Assembly (NCBI GenBank): GCA_951406725.2
Contig: OX597832.1
Coordinates: forward strand, 43,896,001-43,960,000
Direction of reading: 5' to 3'
Length of the DNA: 64,000 nt
Origin: Octopus vulgaris
Taxonomy: Eukaryota
The first letter of the stretch is position 1. Every line of letters starts with the position of its first letter. Below the pieces are notes generated by a model, which was not told where the DNA came from, made no database searches, and worked only from the letters and a program-made list of their open reading frames with translations. The position numbers and the translations under genes were made by a program. This document shows positions 26,175 through 39,789 of the stretch, one piece after another.

Positions 26175-26670
26175 TCCTTCTATTGCCCTCTATCCTCCAA
26201 CCCCATGCCTAGCTACCCACAGACGGTGTCCTCCACTATCTATGACCTCATCTCCTCCTCCCATCTGCCTCCCATTGCCTCCAACCTCATTGTCTGCACA
26301 CCTTGTATCCCCACCATTTATTTCCTTCCCCAAATCCACAAACCCAACAACCCTGGCCACCCCATTGTCTCCGTCTTTAACTGCCCCAGGAACTGATCTC
26401 AAAATACCTTGACTGTGCCCTTGCCGCCCCACCTAGTGGCTTCCCTCCGCTCACACATCCACAACACTAACCATGCTCTTCATCTTTTCAATTCGTTCTC
26501 CTTCCCTCCTGACCCCTCTAAACTTCTCTTCACTCTTGATATCAAGGGTCTATATACGGTGATCCCACGCCACGAAGGACTTCTTGCCCTCAAACACTTC
26601 CTGGACCCTCGACCCAACCTCCAATCTCACACAGCCACACTTCTGCATCAAGCCAAACTTGTTCTCTCCC
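26175..26670 (+). pseudogene. Penelope-like element reverse transcriptase fragment (frameshifted)
   Basis: IYFLPQIHKPNNPGHPIVS..NCP (Penelope YxLPKIHKxxxPxRPIVS), SHIHNTNHAL, LLFTLDIKGLYTVIPRHEGLLALKHFL (FxxDVxSLYTxIP). Confidence 0.9.
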
Positions 26671-26784
26671 CACATGGTTCTGGGTTCAATCCTACTGCAT
26701 GTCTTTGATGGTACAAAGCCAACGGGTGATATACTGGCAAGGGAATTGACAACATCATCATCATCATCATCATCATCCCATAAT

Positions 26785-27332
26785 CTCTCTTTTACTCTTT
26801 TACTTGTTTCTGTCATTTGACAGTGGCCATGCTGAAGCACCGCCTTTAGTCAAGCAAATCGACCCGGGACTTATTCTTTGTAAGCCCAGTACTTATTCTA
26901 TCGGTCTCTTTTGCCGAACCGCTAAGTGACGGGGACGTAAACACACCAGCATCGGTTGTCAAGCAATGCTAGGGGGACAAACACAGACACACACACACAT
27001 ATATATATATATACATATATACGATGGGCTTCTTACAGTACTTATTCTATCGGTCTCTTTTGCCGAACCGCTAAGTGATGGGGACGTAAACACACCAGCA
27101 TCAGTTGTCAAGCAATGCTAGGGGAACAAATACAGACAAACAAACATACACGCACATATACATATATACGACGGGCTTCTTACAGTTTCCGTCTACCAAA
27201 TCCACTCACAAGGCATTGGTCGGCCCAGGGCTATAGCAGAAGACACTTGCCCAAGATGCCACGCAGTGGGACTGAACCCAGAACCATGTGGTTGGTAAGC
27301 AAGCTACTTACCACACAGCCACTCCTGCGCCT
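26785..27332 (-). mobile_element. CORE-like SINE with a ~150-bp internal tandem duplication
   Basis: agtacttattctatcggtctcttttgccgaaccgctaagtga...gggcttcttacagt occurs twice. Confidence 0.9.
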
Positions 27333-27726
27333 ATACATAGATATACAACTCCTGTTTGATAGTTGAATGGCCTGAGCATGTCTTTCACCAAAACCTCCAT
27401 TACATCCAATGCTAACATGAATGTTAAGCAGCAAGGAAAATTAATACATCCATCTAAATATGATTTTTGTCCTTTTTTTTTTCATGGTTATACACACACA
27501 CACACATATACACGTTTGTTTATATATTCCACTCTTTGAAGCCATCACAGGTTTTCTTGAAAGATTCCCAAAAGATATTATCTAGGATATTTTGCTGAGA
27601 AATATGAAATTTGTGGTGTGTGTGATGTTTTGAATATAATAACAGCAACGAGGCACAAGTATTGGCTCAGCAATCAAATAAAGTCAACAAGGACAGTAAC
27701 AGACTTGAAATGCTGAATAAAACATT

Positions 27727-27890
27727 CGCAGGAGTGGCTGTGTGGTAAGTAGCTTCCTTACCAACCACATGGTTCCGGGTTCAGTCTCACTGCGTGGCAC
27801 CTTGGGCAAGTGTCTTCTACTATAGCCTCGGGCCGACCAAAGCCTTGAGTGGATTTGGTAGACGGAAACTGAAAGAAGTCCATCGTATAT
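27727..27890 (+). mobile_element. CORE-like SINE head fragment
   Basis: gcaggagtggctgtgtggtaag...gaaactgaaagaagtccatcg. Confidence 0.85.
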
Positions 27891-27981
27891 ATATATGTAT
27901 GTATGTATATTTTTATTTTTATGTTTTGGCTTATGTTTTTCATTGTTTGATTTGCCTAATAGTGGTTTTATCTCTAATTTA

Positions 27982-28086
<105 letters not shown>

Positions 28087-28970
28087 CACATATATACAAC
28101 TGGCTTCTTTCAGCTTCTGTCTCCCAAATCCACTCACAAGGCCTGAAGCAATAGTAGAAGACTCTTTCCAAAGGTTTCTCAGAGTGGAACTGAACCTAGA
28201 ACCACGTGGTTGGGAAGCAGGCTTCTTACCACACACCCACATCTGCACCTACTTTTGACACTATTCAAAATCTTTTGTACAAAATAAAAAAAAAGAAAAA
28301 CAGAGAGAAGTAAGAAATTCTTTTTTTTTCTTATTAATAAATTACATTTCTACAAACATTTTATGAAACATATTACATCACTGATTAACTTAATAAACGG
28401 AAGCACCTCCACAGTAAACTCCAAAATATAGTTTCCATCTGTCGCTTACGAGAACTCAAAAATCACTCAGCATCAAAATCACTCACAAGCTTTATTCATG
28501 CCTTGGAACTTTTTAAACAGAGATCAATGTTCTAAAACAGTATCTACCATTAAATATCACGAAGAATGCACATGAGATACACTTTTATTACAGGTTTTCA
28601 ACAGAGTGCTTGCTACACATCAAAAGATTACTTGAAAACAGTGAACTCAAAATTAAATGATGCAATGCAACAAGTAATACCGTTAGAACAGGCTTGGATG
28701 CATGCTATAATAATCACTGTTATTCATAATCAACATGTTCTGCTAATGCAGTATCAGAGTATTTGTGACAGGATCAATGTAATCTTAATAACTCTCTCTT
28801 CATCAGGCTGCTATTAAAAAGGATTATAAATGCCTTTTTTTTCTTTGTTTTTTTTTTGTTTTTTTTTGTGTGTGTGGTGGTCAGATTGGTAAACAGCAGG
28901 ACTGCCCTGCCAAAGAATCTCTGTCAGTGATGTGGGGGGGGAAAAATATGCCATTACTCAAAGGTAGGCC

Positions 28971-29090
<120 letters not shown>

Positions 29091-29304
29091 CCTTTCTACT
29101 ATAGGCACAAGGCCTGAAATGTTTAGTGGGAGGGACCTGTTCAATTACATCAACTTTGGTACTCAAGTGGCACTTGTTTTATGCAACCCGAAAAGATGAA
29201 AGGCAAAGTTAATCTTGATGGAATCTAAACTCAGAACGTAAAGACAGACAAAATACTGTGAAGAATTTTACCCAGTCTACTAATAATTGTGCCAGCTCAT
29301 CACC

Positions 29305-29346
<42 letters not shown>

Positions 29347-29384
29347 GTTTTTTTATTGGCCACGTGGACAACAACAATAACAAC

Positions 29385-29417
<33 letters not shown>

Positions 29418-29418
<1 letters not shown>

Positions 29419-29596
29419 CCCTGATGCAGTACCAGACAGTGGCTCTCGTGGCTTCTGATCTTAACTGATTGGAAGTGTTATCATGTACATTGTTTTGTCT
29501 TGGTATAAAAAGATAGGCTACAGCAAAATATTCAGCTCAATACCACAGATTTGCTTGTCAGCAGTTGTTTGACCTTAACCAGTTGTGCATGTCCCT
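29418..29596 (-). mobile_element. LINE 3' end abutting (TAA)n (possibly R4/Dong-type)
   Basis: Closely similar to 63710-63880. Both copies end directly at a (TAA)n tract. The clade is inferred only. Confidence 0.55.
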
Positions 29597-30270
29597 GGAA
29601 GGATGAAAGGTAAAGCCGACCGCAGTATGATTCGAACTCAAGAAAGTAAAGAGAGCAAAAAGAAACGCCGACAACGCCAATGATTCTATGATGTCATTTT
29701 CATAACATTTGTAGCTGCTTCAGATTCTACTCAAAAGTCAGTTTTGTTACAAAAAAAAAAAAAAAAAAATACCCAAAACAAACAAACAAACAAACAAACA
29801 AAGACGTTGACATTTTAATTGATTCTGGAAGTACAGAAAAATTCTATTCACACCTCTTTTGCCATTAATATAAAATTGCCTATTAAATCTATTTCTTCTG
29901 TAATTATTATGGCTTCTTTGACACACAAGAAATTAATTAAAGATTTCACTGTGTGTGATCTTACTCTTAATGACAATATTTACAATAATAAATTTTTCAA
30001 CAATAGATGATCTTTGTATACCTTTAATTCTCGGGGCAAAGTTTCATGTCCCTTCACACAAATGTGGAGATTAAATGTAATCTTAGTTCACAACGTCAAT
30101 ACTATGATGATTTTAGTATAGCAGATTATTGGTCATGGATAAACTGCATCCTGTTGGGCGGCATGTGGCCTGTGGGACTTTCTGGGTGACATGCCTAATG
30201 AAAAATTACCTTGAATTATTTTTTTAGCAGTGTGGGCCATGTGATGATGAACCATGCTTCATGCAGACTC

Positions 30271-30850
30271 ATCATCATCATCATCGTTTAACGTCCACTT
30301 TCCATGCTGGCATCGGTTGAACAATTTGATTGAGGACTGGTGAACCAGATGGCTGCACCAAACTCCAATCTTGATCTGGCAGAGTTTCTACAGCTGGGTG
30401 CCCTTCTTCCTAACGCCAACCACTCTGAGAATGTAGTGGGTGCTTTTACATGCCACTGGCACGAGGGGCCAGTCAGGCGGTACTGGCAACGACCACACTC
30501 AAATGGTGCTTTTTATGTGCCACCTGCACAGGTGCCAGTCCAGCGGGACTGGCAATGACTGACTGTTTTTTGAAAAAGGTTGTCCATGCCTGTTATAGAC
30601 CACCATCATCAACATCACTAACATCATCATCATCTAACGTCCATTTTCTATGGTTACATGGGTTATACAGTTTGACTGGGGCTGGTACGACGGAGAGCTG
30701 TACCAGGTTCCAGTCTTTTTGGTTTGGTTTTCTACAGTCGGATGCCCTTCTTAACATCAACCACTCCGCAGAATGTACTGGGTGATTTTTATGTGTCACC
30801 AGCACTGGCCAAGACTATGATTTCGCTTAGCTTGATGTGTCTCTTCAAGC
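30271..30850 (-). mobile_element. Two (GAT)n-tailed SINE-like copies of different ages
   Basis: catcatcgtttaacgtccac...cccttcttcctaacgccaacc at 30271-30560 and a more diverged copy at 30620-30850. Confidence 0.7.
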
Positions 30851-30893
30851 ACTGCTGACTGACAGATAGATATTTATGTACATGTGTGTGTGT

Positions 30894-30932
<39 letters not shown>

Positions 30933-31037
30933 CAAATTTGTTGGTATGGATGTACGTGTGCTTGTAAATGTGCTTTTCTGTGTGTGTGTATGCAAATTTG
31001 TAGGTATGGATGTATGTGTGCTTGTAAATGTGCTTTT

Positions 31038-31081
<44 letters not shown>

Positions 31082-31666
31082 TTCTCTTCTGTTTTTGATT
31101 ATTTAAATTCTTCCTTTGAAGAAGGAGCTGGTTTCTAACAAAGATACAAAGTTCTGTTTTCGGAATGCAGGAAATGTAAACAATGTTACATTTTAAACTT
31201 GAGAAAAGTCTTGCAGAGTTTTACTGTTCCGCTTACAGACTGTATTTATAATGTGCAGATCATACATGGAGGGCAGTAAACTAACATACCAGTCAATTAC
31301 TAGAGGAGGGGGTCTTGTAACATTAATTTATTCCCCTAACCCATAAATTTTAGGCCACATGCCTATGCTAGAAAGAATAGTTACACCAATATGCACAAAG
31401 TAGGTTTACACTTATTCAACGATCTCTTTCGCATTCATATATTAAGAGATTAGATCTTAATTACAGAAAAATATGAAACCATTCTTCTGTGGTAATTTAC
31501 TTAATTTTGTCAGTAAAGTAACATACCAGTCAATTACTAGAGAGAGGGAAATTTTGTAACATTAACTAATTCCCCTAACCCGTAAATTTTAGGCCACATG
31601 CCTATGCTAGAAATAATAATTATTGTCAAAGTAGAAAACATTTTCTTTTCAACTAAATGAGTCAAA

Positions 31667-31881
31667 TACTCTTTTTACTTGTTTGAGTCATTTGACTGCG
31701 GCCATGCTGGAGCACTGCCTTTAGTCGAGCAAATCGACCCCGGGACTTATTCTTTGTAAGCTCAATACTTATTCTATCGGTCTCTTTTGCCGAACCGCTA
31801 AGTGACGGGGATGTAAACACACCAGCATTGGTTGTCAAGCAATGCTAGGGGGACAAACACAGATACACAAACACACACATA

Positions 31882-31914
<33 letters not shown>

Positions 31915-32077
31915 GACAGGCTTCTTTCAGTTTCTGTCTACCAAATCCACTCACAAGGCATTGGTCGGCCCAGGGCTATAGCAGAAGACATTTGCCCAAG
32001 ATGCCACGCAGTGGGACTGAACCCGGAACCATGTGGTTGGTTAGCAAGCTACTGACCACACAGCCACTCCTGCGCCT
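31667..32077 (-). mobile_element. Full-length CORE-like SINE
   Basis: Complete, reverse orientation. Confidence 0.9.
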
Positions 32078-32335
32078 ATGCAGTTAATAAATAACCAACA
32101 TCATTTATACCCAAATGCACAAAGTAGGTTTGCCCTTATTCAACGATCTCTTTCGTATTTATATATTAACAATTTAGACCTTAATTATAGAAAAATATGA
32201 AACCAGTATTCTATGCTAATTTACTTAATTTTGTCAAGCTCCCTTTTCAGTTTGTAAGATGGAAATTTAAATGTAACAAAATGTTTTTCAAAAAAATTTT
32301 AAAGTGCCTACGTGATAACTGTAAACCAACTTTTG

Positions 32336-32586
32336 GGCCCTGTGCAGGTGGCACGTAAAAAGCACCAACTGATCGTGGCCGCTGCCAGCCTCCGGTGGCA
32401 TGTAAAAAGCACCCACTACACTCACGGAGTGGTTGGTGTTAGGAAGGGCATCCAGCTGTAGAAACACTGCCAGATCAGACTGGGCCTGGTGCAGCTTCCT
32501 GGCTTCCCAGACCCCAGTTGAACTGTCCAACCCATTCTAGCATGGAAAACAGACATTAAACGATGATGATGATGATGATGATGATG
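32336..32586 (+). mobile_element. (GAT)n-tailed SINE-like retroposon
   Basis: ggtggcacgtaaaaagcacc...gacattaaacgatgatgatg. Confidence 0.8.
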
Positions 32587-32619
<33 letters not shown>

Positions 32620-32754
32620 AATAATAATAATAATCCCTTCTATAGGCACAAGGCCTGAAATTTTAGGGTAGGGCGCTAGTCAAGATTACATTGACTTCAG
32701 TACTCAACTGGTTCATGGACCTTCAAAGGGTGAAAGAGCTAAGTCAACTTAGGC

Positions 32755-33192
32755 AGGCGCCGGAGTGGCTGTGTGGTAAGTAGCTTGCTTACCAATCATA
32801 TGGTTCCAGGTTCATTCCTACTGCGTGGCACCTTGGGCAAGTGTCTTCTACTATAGCCTTGGGCCGACCAAAGCCTTTTGAGTGGATTTGGTAGATGGAA
32901 ACTATGTTTTTGTTTATATATATATATATATGCCCCAGCATGGCCACAGCTCATTAGCTGAAACTGGAAAAATCAAAATCAAAAAATATGTACATGTGTG
33001 TATATGTTTGTGTGACTGTGTTTGTTCCCCCAATATTGCTTGACAACCGATGGTGGTGTGTTTGCAAGAGACCGATAGAATAAGTACTAGGTTTACAAAG
33101 AATAAGTCCTGGGGGCCGATTTGCTCGACTAAAGGCAGTGCTCCAGCATGGCCACAGTCAAATGACTGAAACAAATAAAAGAGTAAAAGAGT
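32755..33192 (+). mobile_element. CORE-like SINE with a short sibling-SINE tail inserted in its internal microsatellite
   Basis: Head aggcgccggagtggctgtg, insert gccccagcatggccacagctcattagctgaaac at about 32932-32990, normal tail. Confidence 0.8.
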
Positions 33193-34051
33193 AATGGATG
33201 AAATACTGTTAAGCATTTTCTCTGGTGTGCTAACCATTCTGCCAGCATGCTGCCTTAATAACAACAATAACAACAAAAACAATAAATAAATAATGGTTTC
33301 ACATTTTGGCACAAAGCCAGCAATTTCGGGGCAGTAAGGAAGATGATTACATCAAACGAAGTTGAAAGGCAAAGTTGAACTTGGTGGAATTTGAACTCAA
33401 AACATAAAGATAGATGAAATACTGCTAAGCGTTTTTGTCCAGTGTGCTAACGATTCTGCCAGCTCGCTACCTTGAAACAACAACAGGAACAACAAAAAAT
33501 AAATAAATAAATAATAAAGACAAATGTAGGTAAATCCTGAAGAAATGTGTTATGGTGTTACTAATTAATCTAGATAATTGGAAAGATGAAAGTTCATCGA
33601 TATAGGCCATTCCAGTTGCTTAGAGTCTGAATTAAGCATGCCTACGTTATACAGGCAGATTCAAAATATATGCATTTGAATACAGCCACATGTTTAGGCA
33701 CATGTGTGTATGTGCATGTGTGTTTCTGTGTACAAACAAAGAAAATGTACACAATAAATACTATTCTCTATATCTGTGTGTTCCAAGTCAAACTTTCATT
33801 TCCACTGCTTAAAGATTAGATTATTTCGATAGCTGTCCAAAACATTGCTTTAGATTTTTTGTTTTATTTTCAAAAGAATTTAGTAAATTTATATAAAAGA
33901 TTTCTGTACAACATCAAATAAAGTACATGGACATAAAGTGGTCAATCTTAGACTATATGGTACCATGTTGAAATGGTTCAAAGAGTGATAAAAAAAAAAT
34001 CTGACTAGCACAAAGATTACATAATTAGAAGCAAGTTAATTTGTAATTCCA

Positions 34052-34083
<32 letters not shown>

Positions 34084-35154
34084 CAAGAGCAAGAGAGAGA
34101 GAGAGAGACACATACACACACACATACAATGGGCTTCCATATTGTTTCCATCTATAAAATTCACTTACAAAGCATTGATTGACCTGGGTCTAAAGCGCCA
34201 TGCAGTGGGACTGAACTGACAATCATTTGGTTGCAAAACAAGCTACTTAACCACACGGCCATTCCCGCACAGATAATTAATTCAATCAATCAAACAACTG
34301 ACTCCTTGCTCCTTGAGACCAACGAAGATCCATTTACATCACCTCCTACATCTGACAGGTTCTTATTTTATCTAAACTGGAAAGCCTAAAGGCAAAGTCA
34401 ATATGGACGGGATTAAATTCAGAATGTAAAGGATACCACAAGGTATTTTATCTGCTGTTCAACCAATTCCGCTATCCGTTGCCCTATTTAGTTTTCAAAG
34501 CGCAGAAATACCATAAAAGTCTACAAGACTCAACTAATGCAGCACCTTAAATTCTTTATTTCTTAACATCAGAAATCAATAAATTGATCTCACCTCGTAT
34601 TTATTTTTGTTTTTATCTCGGAGCTGTCTTTCTGCAACCACCACCTCTACCCCACCTCCTTCCCTTCTCCCAACCTCTTCTCTTAACAAGAAATTAAATG
34701 AAAATCTGCATCTGAAGATCTTCAGAATAAATGTACATATATTATTTTGATAAATCCAAACATATGCTGACTGTGAGAGATATGAGCGCATAAAATCCAG
34801 TTTGGGATTGGTCATGTGTATAGATAAATAACCGAACAGTCGTTGACCATGCATAATTTCTATCACATTAACCTCTGTTCCAGTATTTACATTCAACAGT
34901 AAAATATGAAAATCCAGGCTTCTATAAGTTTCTCTTTTCGTTTACATGGCTCTTTGTGTAATGGTGTGGAAAAACAGAAAATGAAAGGATTTTATTTCTC
35001 GTTTAGCGTTGACACAGTATTTTATGGCACTTAAAAGGAGTGAATCGTTAATACAACTTGATGGGAGTTGAAGGAGAGTATTTTGAATTGACAGAGTAAA
35101 TCTGAGTATCTTAAATTGACAAAAATCCTATAATAAAAAGTTCCTTGCAACAGA

Positions 35155-35560
35155 CAAAGGGGTGGCTGTGTGGTGAGAAGCTTGCTTCCCAACCACGTGG
35201 TTCCAAGTTCAGCCCCACTGTGTGATGTCTTGGGCAAGTGTCTCCACTTCTACTATAGCACCGGGCCAACCAAAGCCTTGTGAGCAAATTTGGTAGATGG
35301 AAACTGAAAGAGGCTTGATATATATGTACTTGTGTGTATGTGCGTCTTTGTACCAGTTTGTCCCACACCACTGCTTGACAACCAGTGTTGGTCTGTTTAC
35401 ATCCACATAACTTAGCAGTTTGCCAAAAGGGTCTGACAGAATAAATACCAGGCTTTAAAAGATAAAGTACTGGGGGTTGATTCATATGACTAAACTTCTT
35501 CAAGGCGATGCCCCAGCATGGCCACAGTCAAAGGACGGAAACAAGTAAAAGATAAAAGAT
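35155..35560 (+). mobile_element. Older CORE-like SINE subfamily copy
   Basis: Diverged head (ggctgtgtggtgagaagcttgcttccc) and tail (gaaacaagtaaaagataaaagat). Confidence 0.8.
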
Positions 35561-35729
35561 AATTTAAATTTATGCTATTTAGTTCATAAAAATAAGTCAT
35601 TATTATCATTCTTTTATTGGTTCCAGTCTCTGGACTGTGGCCATGTCGGAGCATCACAGAGAATATTGAAGTAATCGGTGTGTTGACTTAGAAGCATTCT
35701 GTTTTGTTGTGTAATGGATAGGATTTCTT

Positions 35730-35990
35730 ATTTTACTGAAATTAGAGAACTGAATTATCAATTTGTTCAAAATCCTACTAGAATTAACCTAAGATCAATT
35801 CCATACAATCTGCAAGATGAATTTGTGGAGTTTATAAATGACCCAATGGCCAAAGATTTTTAGAAACCTCTTCCCGAGCAAAAATCAAGGATTCTATGAT
35901 GAAGGGTATAAAAACTGTAGAGAGAGACTTATACTGTTCACATCTACTTCCTTTATGAAGTGAGGTTTTTTTTTTTTACAGCAATGTGCT
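35730..35990 (+). pseudogene. hAT/Charlie(Buster)-type transposase C-terminal remnant
   Basis: FTEIRELNYQFVQNP...SIPYNLQDEFVEFINDPMAKDF* followed by a broken LFTST.(L)YE.GF, resembling the hAT dimerisation-domain F.STYLCE.GFS motif. Confidence 0.55.
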
Positions 35991-36224
35991 AAACCAAAAT
36001 TCTTCACAGAAGATAGGAAACAAACATATTCATTTACAACTATCACACAAAGTCAAGGCAACCATACAGTAACACACACACAAACACACACACACACATG
36101 CATGCATGCACACACACATGCCATGCACACACACATACCTGCACACACACACACACACACATGCATGCACGCACGCACACACACACACACACACGCACGC
36201 ATGCACACACGCAGACACACACAT

Positions 36225-36280
<56 letters not shown>

Positions 36281-36590
36281 ATATATGACAGGGTTTTTTT
36301 TCAGTCTCTGTCTATGAAATCCAGTCACAAGGTTTTAGTCGGCCAGGGCTATAGTAGTAGGAGACACTTGCTCAAGGGGCTTCTGAGTGGGACTGAAACC
36401 AAGACCGTGCAGTTGGGAAGCAAACTTCTAACTGCACGGCTACATCTGCACCTATGTTAGATATATAATTGGTAGACAATCTTATTCATGGTTTTGTTGT
36501 CAAAGAGTCCATGAGAAGCGCAATGACAGAATTTAACACGTTTAGTTCGGTGCATGGGATGAAAGCAGAAAATTATTCCAAAAGTGTTTG

Positions 36591-36706
36591 AGAAGAAGAA
36601 GAAGGAGGAGGAGGAAGAAGAAGAGGAGGAGGAGGAGGAGGAGGAGGAAGAAGAAGAAGAAGAAGAAGAAGAAGAAGAAGAAGAAGAAGAAGACGATGAT
36701 GATGAT
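36591..36706. repeat. (GAA)n/(GAG)n purine triplet tract
   Basis: Direct reading. Confidence 0.95.
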
Positions 36707-37454
36707 TGGGGGGTGGGGAACATGGCCGGATAGAGTAGGTAGATAATGGCTGAATGTTATTCGTTAATGGGTCTAATAATTTATCAGATAATTTCAGGGA
36801 GATTTTGGCTTAAAAATCAATGACAGTAATCAAGCTTAGCAATCAAACTAAAATGGAAGAAAATAAATCAGAAAAGAAAGGAGGAGTTGCCATATAACAT
36901 TAGTCAATCTGCTAAATTGTAACCAATAAATTTCCTTAATAAAAACACCCTTGTAATGTCTTTAAAACGGAGACAATAATTTGTAAGATCTTAGGAGAAC
37001 ACCGATCTTTATAATTGAACAATAAAGTTTGGCTTGAGGTAATAATATACTAGGTGATATCTTAATCTTTATGTACGTAGACTAGACTGATGGTCTTCTA
37101 TGGGTTACTTTCAAACGTTCAATTAACTAGCTTCAAACTTACATAGGTATTCTGAAGCTGAGATAACGAGTAAATTAATGATAAGAAAAACGGAGATGAA
37201 ATGTCTTAATAAAAGCCCCCTCCCCCCCAATACCATCATCAGTCGTTTTCGTTCGATTGGAAAAGATGTTTGAAAAGTACAAAATAAATTCTTAAAAGCA
37301 TGTTTATGAAAAAAAAAGTTAAACAAGTAATTTGAATATCCAAAGTTTGTTTTGTGCTGGTGCACTTTTGAAAGTGCAATGTGTAAATGTTCATATAAAT
37401 GATATAAATGAGTACACACAAATATATTCATACATGTATATATATATATACACA

Positions 37455-37787
37455 TATATAATAATGATGCGTGTTTCTGTGTGTCTGTTTGCTTGTACCC
37501 TCACCCTGACCACGGCTTTCAACACATAGCCCAATGTCATAATTCAAAACTAACGCAGCGAAAATTTTGAAAAGTTCCCCCAGTTCTGAAAAAAATCGAT
37601 AAATTCGACATGGGGTCGAGAATCAGGAACACAAACCACAAACTGTGTAGGGGACGCAACTCCACCTTTTTTAACTATCAAAAAAAATTTACCATCATTT
37701 TTTTGCTGTTTTTTGGCTATAACTCTCTAAAAATGCTTTATAGTTATTTCCCTTACAAACCTGAGCAACGCCGGGCGATACTGCTAG
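37455..37787 (+). mobile_element. Non-autonomous Helitron-like element
   Basis: Shares its 3' ~100 bp with 19358-19753, including cctgagcaacgccgggcgatactgCTAG|t. Confidence 0.75.
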
Positions 37788-38188
37788 TATACATATATAA
37801 TAATGATATTAGGGAGTATAGCTCCAAACTTACAGGAAAAAATTTGATTTAGTATTAAATCAAATTTCACAGTATAAATATATGAAATATGAATTAGAAA
37901 TAAAACCACTATTATGCAACTCAAACAGTGATAGACATAAACCAATACATAAATAACAAATAATATAAATATAATTAATATAATATATAATGTATATATT
38001 TTATGTTTATGTTTTCATGTTTTAAAAAGAATTTAAATATAATATAAGTTAGCTGTTTTATGCTCTACCGCATATTGATATATATATATATATATATATA
38101 TTTTTATGTATGTTTTTTTATATATATGTAGAAAGTATAAAAAGAATGATAAATATATATATAATTTTATCTCTAATATATATGTGTG

Positions 38189-38259
<71 letters not shown>

Positions 38260-39193
38260 ATAGGTATAGATTCGACCCCATCCCACATGTTTGAGAAGAA
38301 AACTTCTCAACCACACTCTCATGTCTCATTCATTAAAAGTTATATCAATTAAAAAAATATTTTATTTTGATGAAAATTCCTTATTTTTGTATATTTGCCA
38401 TGTTTCTTCTTTTTCTTTTTCTTTTTTTTGGGTTTTAATCTTTGATCTTTTAATTGTTTTAGTCGTTAGACTGCGGCCATGCTAGGACAATGCTTTGAAG
38501 GATTTTAGTCAAACAAATTGACCCCAGGAGAGAGAGAGGGAGAAAGAGACAGATGATGGGCTTCTTTCAGTTTCTCTCTACCAAATACACTCACATATCT
38601 TTGGTCAGCTTGCGGCTATAATAGAAGACACTATCCCAAGGAACCCCACGATGGAACTGAACTGAAAACCATATGATCGGGAAGCAGACTTCTTCCCACA
38701 CAGCCACCGAAACATAAACATCATATTTAACTGAAAATTTGAGTCAAAATTCAGCGCCACCAATGCAAAGATATACAACTCCTGCATCATGGCAATGTCA
38801 TCTGCTGCACAATGTTAAAGTTCCGTGTCTGTAGTTTGAATTTCAAGCAGCAGTTTAGATGCGCCTGCTTTCAGTTGCACTTTGCAGAAAATTGATTTCT
38901 TCTGCCTTCTTTCCTCAAGTCTGAAGCACAGAAACTTTCTTTTTTTATCTTTTTTTTTTTATTTTACTAAAACATTGAAAGGAGAAGGGGGGAAATCTGG
39001 TTCCTTCACCAAAAACCTTTTTTCCATACCAAAATATCAGCGGAAGGAAATTTGACTAAACTAAAATCTTTTCTTTAATTCCATGTTTATTTTAATAGTG
39101 TTATTGGTTTTTTTTTTCTTTCCCTTCTGCAGGAAAAAGTTAGTGTGGGAGATAAAAGGTCATTCGTTCCATCTGAGTTTTGTGCTATTTTTT

Positions 39194-39238
<45 letters not shown>

Positions 39239-39789
39239 TTATTTTTTTTTTTTTAATTTTTTTTTTTTATTTATTTTGCAAATCCTTCTTCGAACAAGTT
39301 TACAGTTATTATTTTTTTATTTCATTTTATTTTCTCGCTAAAATCAATTGTTGGCATATAATTCTTGAATTTTTAGATATAATTTCACATCCACCATCGA
39401 CATCATCACCAACATCACCATTGCCATATGCAAAAAACATCAATAACAACAACAACAACAGTAACAACACTACAGCATCATTATTAATGCTTTTATAGAT
39501 ATCATTCCAGTTTCTTCCCATCACAAAAACAACTGACCCTGTCATAATGCCTGCCAGATTGACTGATATGTAATAAGTGGCACCAAAAGATAATTGAAGA
39601 TTTTGATCGATCGCAATATTATGTACACAAACGAAAGTATACGAAACAAAGAGGTTAATGGTTCCATCAATAATTCTTTGACCAGTGGCGTTCGCCTTCT
39701 CCAGCATTGCTTATAAAGTTAAGGATAGCAATCTTATTCTCTAAGATCAGAATGTAGGAACTCAGCAAAATCTTAAAAGAGATTCATTG

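Noticed and set aside
36476-36590. Peptide MTEFNTFSSVHGM resembling the DEG/ENaC N-terminal HG motif
   Set aside because: The frame stops about 10 codons later, with no transmembrane segment and no good splice donor. Probably chance.
39327-39707. 126-aa minus-strand ORF with a hydrophobic stretch
   Set aside because: The poly-Leu comes from an (AAC)n repeat. No recognisable domain or splice signals.
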